A DNA stretch of 63,884 nucleotides, the filler included, from Basidiobolus meristosporus CBS 931.73 (lineage: Eukaryota > Fungi > Basidiobolomycota), in assembly GCA_002104905.1 (NCBI GenBank). It is 3 parts of 3 records of this genome, joined end to end, with 100 filler letters (N's around TTAATTAATTAA, not from the genome) between each part and the next. Parts side by side here need not be neighbours in the genome. Positions count along the whole stretch, not along the records: positions 24,550 to 56,184 come from MCFE01000838.1; 2 more parts are not named here. One strand, 5' to 3'. The notes under the pieces are model-generated. The model searched no databases, was not told where the DNA came from, and saw only the letters and a program-made list of their open reading frames with translations. Below are positions 37,199-46,879 of this stretch, piece by piece (position 1 is the stretch's first letter; every line of letters starts with the position of its first letter). Made by a program: the position numbers and the translations under genes.

Positions 37199-40100
37199 CT
37201 GGTATTCAGGTTGATGCAAAACACTTGTTAGCCTGGATATCAGGTTGAGGCAAAAAATGTGTCAACCTAGATTTCAGGTTGAGGCAAAATATATGTCAGC
37301 CTAGATCTAAGGTGGAGGTAGTACACTTGTTAACCTGGAGTACAGGCCTAACTAATACACTAGCTTACGTGAAGCCCAAGCTTTAGAGATACACTTGCAG
37401 ACCTGCAGCTCATGCTTGGGCTATACATTAGTTAATCTGGGGCTCATATTTTGGTGTTTACCATGTTAGCCTGGAACCCAGGTTTTGGTGATACACTTGG
37501 TAATCTGGAGTCCAGGTGCAGGTCAAACACTTGTTGACCTGGAGTCCAGGTCTAGGTCATACACTTGTTGACCTGAAGTCCAGGTGTTGGTCATACATTT
37601 GGTAACCTGGAGTCCAGGTTTAGGTAATATACTTGCTAACCTGGACTCTGGGTTTAGGTAATACACTTGCTAACCTGGAGTCCAGGTTTATTTAATAAAC
37701 TTAGACTTGTTGTCCTGCTGTCCTGGATTTGGTGATAGACTCAAACTCCTTAGCCTGCAGTGCAGATCAAGTTGATAGACTTGCACTTGTTAACCTGGAG
37801 TTCCAAGTGAGATGATTAGGTTGGACTTGTTGACCTGCAGTCTAGGTTTAGGTATTTTAATTGGACTGTTGTGGCCATGCAGTCCTGGTTTAGGTGATAA
37901 GCTCAGACCTGTCGATCTGGAGCTCAGGTTGAGGTAATAGACTTAAGTGTGTCAATCTGGAGTCTGGGTGGAGGTGATAAACTTTGTCTTATTAATCTGC
38001 AGCCCAGGTTTAGGTGATTGACTGGGGCTTGCTGACCAGCAGCCAGACTTAGTTGATAGGCTTGGAACTGTAAGTCTGGAGTCCAGGTTGAGGTGATAGA
38101 CTTAAACTTGTCAACCTGGAGTCTGCATGGAGGAGATAAACTTTGGCTTGTTAACCTGGAGTCCAGGTCTAGGTAATTGACTTGTGCCTGTTGACCTACA
38201 GTGCAGCTTTAGGTAGTTGACTTGTACTGTTATTGTCCTGCAGTCCAGGCTTAGGTGATGGACTCAAGCCTGTTAGCCTGCAGTGCAGGTAGAGTTGATA
38301 GACTTTGACAGGCTAACCTGGAGTCCAGGCTGAGGTGATTTACTTGTACTTATTGACCTGCAGTCTAGGTTTATGTAATAGGCTTGGGCTGTTAATATTG
38401 TGCAGTTCAAGTTGTGGTAAAAAACTTTGACTTGTTGACCCATAGTCCAGGTTGAGGTAATAAGGCTCAAACATGTCAACCTGGAGTCCAGGTGCAGGTG
38501 ATAAACTTTGGCTTGTTGGCCTGGTGTCCAGGTTTAGGTCATTGACTGGGACTTGTTGACCTGCAGTCCAGGTTTTGGTGATAGACTCAAACTCTTAGCC
38601 TGCAGTGCAGGTTGAGTTGATAGACTTACACATGCTAGCCTGGAGTCCAGGGTGAGGTGATTAACTTGGACTTTTTGACCTGTAGTCCAGGCTTAGGTGA
38701 TAGACATAGATTTGTTGAGCTGCAGTCCTGGTTTAGGTGATAGACTCAGATGGTTAACCTGGAGTCCAGGCTTGGTAATAGACTCAGATTTGTTATACTA
38801 GAGTGCAGGTGTGGTGATAGACTTAGACTTAGTGACCCATAGTAAAGAATTAGTTAATAGACTTGGGCTCTTTGACCGGCAGTCCAGGTTTAAGCATCAG
38901 ATATGGTACTGAATTCAAGAGAAATATGTAATAAAACTCTTCCATGGTTTGACTGAACCAAAGGGACAATTAAGTGCAGAATCTTTGAATTGTCAGAGAG
39001 TGGTGGAAGTATTAGCAGAAAGATTCTGGTCTAATATTGGTCTTGGATATAACTGGGTTGGCTGTAAAGGCAATGAAGTTGGTTTACTAGGCAGGCTAGG
39101 TTTAGTGTTCTTGGGAGTGCTGGATATGCTAGGCTGGGGTAGAAATTAGAACAGGATTATTGAATTCTTATTTTTCCTGAGACACAATCTAAAGTTCTGT
39201 TGAGAGGCACACTAAACCAGAAGGTTCTGTAAACTTTATTTATACTTTTCTGATCAAGTTGAATTAGTAAGCACCAAGAGACTGGACTAATTGGAATTTG
39301 TTTGGACGCTGATAGGCACAAAAGATACAGGAAAATTGCATCATTGGCATCTGATATCTTGGCAATTGCTAAGTAGTTGATAGAGCTCAGGTTTGCAAAG
39401 GCTTAGTTGATCAGCAGAGGATGTAATAACCACATGGAACTGGATCAGGTGTGACAGCTAAAAGTAGGTTCAGAGAAGTGATAAGATAAACCAAAACAGG
39501 GATTAGTTATGTTTGGGTTAGAGAAAATCTGTTAGATACTAGATTTTCTGATAGAGTAAAATTGGCTAAGTTTTAAATGTCAATGCACATCATATAAACT
39601 TCTCAACCTGGAGTCCAAGCTTATGTGATAGATTTAGATGTGCTAACCTGGAGCTCAGGTCAAGGTATTAAACTTAGACTTGTTAGCACAGAGTCCAGAT
39701 TTAAGTAATAGACTAGACTTGTTGACCTGCAGTCAATGTTGAGGCATCAAACTTAGACTTGTCAATATGGAGCTTAGACCTAAATAGTAGCCTTAGACTT
39801 GTTATGCTGGAGTCCAGGTTTAAGTGATAGGCTTAGACATGTTTGCCTGGAGTCCAGCTTGAAGAAGGACACTTTTTTGCCTGGTGGACAGGTGGAGGTA
39901 TTGTATATACTCTTGTTAACCAGGGGCTTAGGTACAAGTTTAACTCTTGTGGACCTGGAGCCCAAATTGTGTAATACTTTTGTTAACATTGGGTCCAAGT
40001 GTAGCTAATACCCCTGTAAGCCTGGGGCCCTGGTCATGGCATTTTACTTGCTGACAGAATTATGCCATGGTAAAACTCTGGAAACCTGGGGCTCACATTT

Positions 40101-40560
40101 TGGAAATACACATATAGACTGGTGGTCCATGCAGTAACAGAACTTTTTTAAATCTGGTATTCAGGCTGAAGCAGACTGCATGTTAAACTGTGGTCAATGC
40201 TGTGGCTATAGTCTTGTTAACTTGGAGTCCAGGCTAGGGTAATATAAATGTTAACTTTTGGTCTGCTCCTGTTCACTGGGAATTATGGTTGAAGTAGTAT
40301 CTTAGCTCTACTTAGGCCCTAGTGTTTCCAGTATTCTGTGTAACCTAGAAACAGGTTTAATTGTTACTCCTGTTAGCCTAAGGCCCAGGTTGAGGTAATA
40401 CTCTTGTAATGTTGCTGTCAAGGCAGAGATAACACTCTTATCAACCTGGGGTCCAGTTTGGGGGAGTGTAGTAATACTCCTGTAAGCTTAGAGCACAGGT
40501 TGAGGTAACATACCAGCCAATCTGAAGTCACTGTTGACTTATTGCTCATGTTAATTCAGA
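37199..40560. repeat. Degenerate continuation of the satellite (34-bp units to ~37690, 40-bp units ~37690-38880 and ~39600-39900, then ~34-bp decayed units); also 36036..36121
   Basis: CCTG(G/C)AGT core at 37674, 37714, 37754, 37794, 37834 and 38115, 38155, 38195 (40-bp spacing); unrelated ~0.7-kb block at 38900-39600. Confidence 0.85.
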
Positions 40561-41099
40561 GTCCTGGTTTAGACAGTATTCTTATATCACTGAATATAAG
40601 CTTACTGAGTAAGAAATATGGAGGCTGATATGGCAATGTTGAAAGCCATCAGTATAACCTGCTCATGAGATTTAACAAAAATCTTTGTTGTAGCTGTTAA
40701 TCAAAACAATCCCCAATATTTTTGATTGGCTCTCTGCCATTGCTTACACCTTCTGATCCAGAACATTCCATCATCTCCTACACTTTGATAAATTGATTAG
40801 CTACTGCCTCTTCTTTACACTCCTTACTTTCTAACTTAGCTAGTGTGCTTACTTCTCCTGCATATAAATTGCTTTAATTCCTTTGAAACTCCAGTTGTCA
40901 CTCAATAGGTTATTGCACTGACCCAATAACATCTCAATGCCAAATACCAGCATTAAGCCCAATCTCACATTAAGTGAGTAGCTCTGTTAAAACTCAACAT
41001 TCAGTAGTTGTCTCTGCAATGACCCACATTGCCCTAGATTTTAGTGAGGACACTACAGCTTTATCCCTTTAATTGCTCCTTGTTTGCATACTCCCAAGT

Positions 41100-41814
41100 T
41101 GTTGCCACAACTGCAAGGTCTTGACCCTCACCTGTCATTTATTGCACTAAATCCTTGTAGTATTCAGGTGCATTGTCTTCCACACTGCTCTCAAAGAAGT
41201 ACTTCAGCCTCTTGGTGTGGCGGTTATTACTCCACTGCAGTGTAGATCAGCTGGCTACTCATTGTTTACAGGCACTCTTTTTTTAACCTGGCATTTCTTT
41301 ACTACTGTTTCTGAGCTCTCATCCCTGCTCATAATAGGCTCTTGAGGCTACAGGCATTTAACTCTGGCACTCTTGCTCTTCCATATTGGATAGCTTTGAC
41401 TATTCTTAAAATACATTCTTAGTCTACCAATGATGGCCCAAGATCAGTATACTTGTTTGACTCCAGGATAATGATCATAGTATAGGTCAAGCACATTCAG
41501 CTTGGCCTTGAGTTCCTGATGGTACCATGGTGTGCCAGTCTTTTGATGATGGCATGCCAAACTCCTGGTGGCCTCTTGAATTCTTGCCCACTCTTGTTCA
41601 TTGTACTCTGTAGCCTTACGCGTCTTAAATTATTTTTGCTTTTTAAGCTTTGTGAATACTAGGGCTTCATACTTCAATGCTGTCATAGACTTCACCGTGA
41701 GCTTTATTTTTTGTCACTGTAGTTATGCTTCAAGAAATGTGCTGTACTCCTCTGCTGTTGCATTGGAAAATTGCTCAATTGTGGTCTGCAACAATAGGCA
41801 ACTTAAGTTCTTTC
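41100..41814 (-). pseudogene. CACTA accessory-ORF relic (continues 42165..42210 and 45614..45627)
   Basis: Aligns to the reverse complement of 52560-53200 (GGCCTTGAGTTCCTGATGGTACCATGG; CTCTTGGTGTG). Confidence 0.7.
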
Positions 41815-42164
41815 TGTTGTAAAAATTCGTATTTTCCACCTAAATATTCACCTAACTTAGTCACTTAGATCATCACCTTCAAATCCTAGAGAATAATGAC
41901 CAAATTCCTTGTCGGGATTTACTTAGAATATTTTCACCAAAATACCAGGTACCCAGAACATGAAAATTCTCAAAGTTGTCCAAACAGCCCCAAACTTTGT
42001 ACACATGTTCTTGGGACCTTCCTTAACCTATTCTACGTGTTTGTAATGCCAAGACCATGTAAAAGTATAAATACTACTTTTACATTCAATAAATCATTAA
42101 GTGAAAACCACATAATCTACTTGTTCTCCAAATCACTTCCAATATCTCCAAGACTCTTACAACA
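41815..42164 (+). mobile_element. Young Copia solo LTR, 350 bp
   Basis: TGTTGTAA...TTACAACA with a perfect 5-bp TSD CTTTC/CTTTC. Confidence 0.95.
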
Positions 42165-42393
42165 CTTTCTCTGCGCAAAGATGCAGCTTGCTTTACCTGA
42201 GGAACATATTAGACTTGCTCCGTTGGATAGTGCCACATAGTGCCAGCCAGTTTATAGTGCTGGATTGATCTGGCACTCTACGGCACTATCTGGCACTATA
42301 ATTTCTACCACAATGCCAGTGGTATGATACAGTTACTGGTAATTTTACTCAATCTTACTTATGTTGCTCAGAATAGTGCTTTCCTTGCTTTAT

Positions 42394-43278
42394 TTACTCT
42401 TCATAATGCTCCAGACACATTTCTCTCAGTGGATGTCTTCTTGTATGAACATACTGTGCATTAATAAGTATCTTAACTATTTTACCTACTCTGCTGTTTT
42501 CACCTATACATGACTTTCCTCTGTATTTACCTGCCAATATGCTGAATCTCTTCAGATATCCAAATGTGTGCTCTACCCTTACTCTGAAATGATTAAATAT
42601 CTCATTGTAGAGCTTCTGCTTCCTGCTAAGCACACCATTCCTTGGCTTCCTATAAGCTGTAATACATCCTAATCTCTGACAATCCTCTCCTATATAGGCC
42701 AAGTCTGCCATACATTTCTCCCCTCTACTGAGTTCAGGATGATTCTCTACCCAGAGTGCTTTGTCATGCCTACTTTCAGCAAATGGCCCACTAAACCAGA
42801 TGATGTTACCCTCAATGTCAGACAGTGCTTGAAACTTCACACAGTGTGCCTTGTACTTGCCAGAATAAAAGTGCCTCTGCCCTCTAGAAGGTCTGCCAAT
42901 CCTCACTGGGAAGGTATCCAAAATACTCCTGATATGGAACCTGTTGCTGAACACTCTGGGATATGGAAGTCTATTGGAGCTTCTGAACCTAGTATTCCAA
43001 GCTTGCTCCAAGTCATTCATACCCTCTGCAAGGTGGTTCTCCATTGCTGTCAGCTGGGAATGAAAGCTTCTAGGACTTTTGTTGCCATGGATGGTGGGAT
43101 GAAACCTTGTAGGGCAATAGTTCTTGTAATAGCAGAGAAGCTTAACAAGGGATCTCCTTGAGTAGATTGGGGTTGATGGTCCACAGTACTTGGAATAGAT
43201 CTCCTCCAGTGTGTCAAAAGGAAATCCAGTGGTAGTTATGGGATTGATGAGAAAAGACCATTCAGATGAGTAAGTCAT
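42394..43278 (-). CDS. DDE_Tnp_4-type transposase, 294 aa
   Basis: Same D-D-E motifs as 34960..35844 (differs at RIGRP vs RIKRP). Confidence 0.9.
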   Translation of the reverse strand: MTYSSEWSFLINPITTTGFPFDTLEEIYSKYCGPSTPIYSRRSLVKLLCYYKNYCPTRFHPTIHGNKSPRSFHSQLTAMENHLAEGMNDLEQAWNTRFRSSNRLPYPRVFSNRFHIRSILDTFPVRIGRPSRGQRHFYSGKYKAHCVKFQALSDIEGNIIWFSGPFAESRHDKALWVENHPELSRGEKCMADLAYIGEDCQRLGCITAYRKPRNGVLSRKQKLYNEIFNHFRVRVEHTFGYLKRFSILAGKYRGKSCIGENSRVGKIVKILINAQYVHTRRHPLREMCLEHYEE

Positions 43279-43637
43279 ATTAAAATTGATGGATGATTGT
43301 ATGGAGGCGGTTTGAATTGATTTGGCACCATCTGCGTTATTTATCTAATTTTTAACACATTATGGTTAAATCTCCATCAATTGCCATGTATCCCATCATT
43401 ATGTCGCAAAAATCATCCGCAAACAGTGCCTTGGTACTTTTATTGATGCTTTAATCATAGGTCTATAATCAAATAGGAAATCTGCAATTGATGTGATCTG
43501 ATACGTGTCAACGCAATCCAAGATGCATCATGCATAATATATGGAAAATTCAACTATCACTTTAGTTTTCATATATATTTCATATAAGACCAGGTTGATG
43601 CCAATATACTGCTGTATAAGTATCCAAATCTGTTGCT

Positions 43638-44870
43638 ATGGTCCCCATACCAAGCCTCAACTCATCTTTAGTACAACCCAGACAAAACCCATCCCCCAGC
43701 TCACAAGCGTGGTCCGGACCGGAGAAGTCAATGTTGGATCCGTTTGAGTTCTCGCCAAATGATTTTAGTATGGCCCAAGTGTCTATGATGAGCCTTCATA
43801 CAGATATTTGGGCACTACTGATTAATCTAGCAGAACTAGATACCTCAGAGAGTCGACAAAGATGGAAGAATTTGAGTAGAAAGCTGTGGCATGAGTTCTA
43901 CATCAAGATGCCAGCCAATGTATGTAAAAAGATATATAACAAGACAAGTATTGAAATCAAGAATGAGCTGAGAGTGAGGGGATTTGACAAGGAAGCCGTG
44001 CGGGAACGGTTTTGCGCGCAATTTGCACAGTACGGGCCGGACGCGTCCGTTTGTGCCTCAACTTTGGGAACCAAAGAGATTTTGAATGAGTTTTTGCCTC
44101 AAATGACTAATGTACTATGTGATATATTAGTAGAGCTAAGTGGCTTCCAAGAGCAATATACACAGGACTCATCCAGGCAACAGCTCCAAAGTATCAGACA
44201 GAGGGTAAGTGAATACCTTGAGGAATCAGATGGTGAGCTTCAGGAGGAAGAATACAGACCGCAAGCAACATTGTCCAGATTGCGCCAGCATGCCTTGCTG
44301 GATTCCCTACCATCTCTTGCAACCACAGCACGCCGGCGCACGTCAGTCCAGACCACGCCAACACCCTTTACCAGAACGCCCCGCGTTGAGTCAACGCGCG
44401 CGCTTCAGAGCAAAACTACCAGAACTTGCCAAACTGCTCATTTAGACACAAGTCCATTGGAGCGGACCGAGTTGCGTCAACATGCAGCATCACATCAAAC
44501 TCAGCCAAGGGCCATCTCAACGCGTCAAGGCGCGCCTGCGCGTGCCGTTTTGCCTGACCATCAGCAAGTTACTTCTGGTGAACTGACTGATGATGACCAA
44601 CATGAAGTGACGCAACCACCGGAGCCCTTGGCAAGTAAAAGAACGCGTCAGCGTGTGGCACTACAGGCCGGTTCAGTTGGTTCAGTTGGAGCGATTCAGC
44701 GCGGCCAAGCTGCAGCATCGCACTCATCAACTAGGAGGCAAAATACTGACTACAAATACACAAGTAGCCAAGATGATAGTCAGCCAGGAAGTAGTATAGG
44801 TTTGCAAAGTGAGTCACTACCAAATGCTTCAGTAGTAATCCCTGTGAGAAAAAAACCCAGGAGAAGATGA
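43638..44870 (+). CDS. Transposon accessory protein ORF2, 410 aa (helical, Trp-containing N-terminal domain; disordered S/T/Q/R-rich tail; C-terminal RKKPRRR)
   Basis: Uninterrupted ORF inside the TIRs, conserved in all five copies; position analogous to the Myb/SANT ORF of PIF/Harbinger elements. Confidence 0.8.
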   Translation: MVPIPSLNSSLVQPRQNPSPSSQAWSGPEKSMLDPFEFSPNDFSMAQVSMMSLHTDIWALLINLAELDTSESRQRWKNLSRKLWHEFYIKMPANVCKKIYNKTSIEIKNELRVRGFDKEAVRERFCAQFAQYGPDASVCASTLGTKEILNEFLPQMTNVLCDILVELSGFQEQYTQDSSRQQLQSIRQRVSEYLEESDGELQEEEYRPQATLSRLRQHALLDSLPSLATTARRRTSVQTTPTPFTRTPRVESTRALQSKTTRTCQTAHLDTSPLERTELRQHAASHQTQPRAISTRQGAPARAVLPDHQQVTSGELTDDDQHEVTQPPEPLASKRTRQRVALQAGSVGSVGAIQRGQAAASHSSTRRQNTDYKYTSSQDDSQPGSSIGLQSESLPNASVVIPVRKKPRRR

Positions 44871-45627
44871 TGCAATTGCTTTGAATTGCTCACATTTGTA
44901 ATGATCCCAACAACCCTTTTTTTTTGCGATCCAAATTGAGCCATTGCAAATCAGTGATCATCAAATTTTTGATATAAGTAATATCAAGGTTGTCTCACAT
45001 TTGAGACAGAACCCCTATAAATAAACACCCTGCATATATATACGTCATCTGCAATACCAGTGCAGCTATTGGATCTGTTTTGCACCTACACAATTGCTTG
45101 CGTGCTAGCTATGACACCTTGCCCAATCACTAGGATCAGGGATTTACTTGCTCAATGGGCAAAATGGGATATTTGATGGCAAATCAGGTAGCTTTTTCAG
45201 TAGTCAATGAGCCAATTGGGGGCTGCCAGCTTCAGGATACTTTTGGACCAATTAACCACTGAGATACCGTCCAATTGGAGTGAGGGTAACCAAAATGGTA
45301 AGTATCAGTGTAGTTTATAGTGTGATACACATTTATTTCCATTTACATTAAAGAAACATATCCAAATACCGGATTTTACCTGCCATTATAGCGGTATCCA
45401 ATTGCGCACGTGATGCAAGCATTACAAGTTGGCGCGATCATCCGCGCCAACCTCATCGTGACAGATTGTGCCATAGTGTGCGAGATCATCCCGCATAGTG
45501 CAAAATTGTCCATGAACGATCCTGCCTTCTGGTAGCTATAATATTGCGCCTGATCGTTCTTTGCAACCGCGGATTGTGCCACGCGCCCTGGCACGGTACG
45601 ATGGAACAAGTCTATTGCTCTCCACAT

Positions 45628-46879
45628 CCCTATGAGAAATAATTTAGCCTCCAGGGTGGATCTTACTCAGAACAATCATCAGGAACCCACAATGGGGCTG
45701 TCATGAAGTTGACAGCTAGCCATTATTGATTTGCTGCTTATTATTACTGCAGGATTATAACAGCATTTTGCCAAATTTACTGCCAAATAAAGCCAAAAGC
45801 TTAGCAGTGCTTATACAGTGTTTGAGAAGAATTGCATGGCATTCTGATAGTCTAAATATGCTCCACATCTATTTGAGCAGATCTAGGTGGCCAACACATG
45901 CAATTGCCTTATACAGCAAGAAACTTGACAGTGTTTGGATAGCCTAATTATAGACATCTGCTGGCATTGCCACAGCATTATAGCAGCTTAGAACTAGATC
46001 TTTATAATGCCCCTATACCATTTTATGCAATGGTATTTTCTTTTCTGCCACCTCATGTGACATTCATAATTCCACTTTATAAACTTCCACTTTATTTGCT
46101 TGCCAATAACTACCTTGGATATACTACTTATAATGAAAAGCAAAATGCCATGGCATCCTGCATACTAACCACTACATACAGGCACACCTGCTGCAATTGA
46201 CATACTTTTATCACCTCCACTTTCTGGCTTTTGAGTGTGATACTTGCTAGGTTGCCACATACCTTGTATTGCTGCTGACATATGCATCTTATAAATATAT
46301 GCTGATTTGCCACCCTTTTTGCCATGAACACCTCCTGAATATCTGCAAAGAACCTCTTGGTACTAAGCCAATGTGCTCCTTGTCCCTGCTGGATTTTAGT
46401 TCTCCTTATTGGTGTGCTCTGGCTCTTGTTTGTGTGAGTTCTGTATGGAATGGTGTAGTTATTGGCTTGTGACTAAGACAAGCCCAGCATACTTTGGTAA
46501 AGTTGTCCTAATAGACACTATTTCCTTGTTGTCTCAAACCCAGCCATGCATAACTCAACTGATTACCTACATATTGGGGCTGTCCAATTTTTTAATGCCA
46601 AAGGTATAGGTGTTTCCATGTGCACATCTGTCTGCATTATCTTCCAACTAGCCCTGGCTATCTACCATGTGCCAACTCATCACATCCATGATGGACTTGA
46701 AGGTTTTATATTCTTGATGAGATTGGGCTATGGAAGTACCTGCAAATTGAACTGTCTTCCTATTTCCCCTCACAAACACTCCATAGGATGCTTCCAAAAG
46801 GTGAAGCAAGGCCCAATATTATGCATGCACTGGGCAAGATGGAGTAGGTAATGGATACAGTAGCAGCAGAGATCTACAT
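45628..46879 (-). mobile_element. CACTA-1: terminus plus transposase 3' fragment
   Basis: Starts CCCTATGAGAAAT..GGGTGGATC; 46600-46879 matches 49700-49985; cut where the CACTA-2 terminus begins. Confidence 0.75.

Larger units (their letters stand above)
42211..45613 (-). mobile_element. PHIS two-ORF transposon copy C, 3403 bp, both ORFs open
   Basis: AGACTTGCTCC / GGAACAAGTCT TIRs, ATT TSD, divergent ORFs, AGTGCC/GGCACT subterminal motifs at 42229-42300. Confidence 0.95.

Noticed and set aside
31076-40560. CRISPR-like or guide-RNA (TIGR-like) array
   Set aside because: There are no unique spacers. The variable windows are 4-5 nt and recur as a few ordered variants, and no cas- or Nop-domain gene is in the window. 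Treated as a satellite.
42739-43161. 140-aa ORF repeated at 14561, 30125, 35077 and 42739
   Set aside because: Antisense shadow of the transposase; it recurs only because the element is multicopy.
43638-44870. ORF2 as a Fanzor/TnpB RNA-guided nuclease
   Set aside because: No RuvC D-E-D motifs and no CxxC zinc finger; the C-terminal half is low-complexity.
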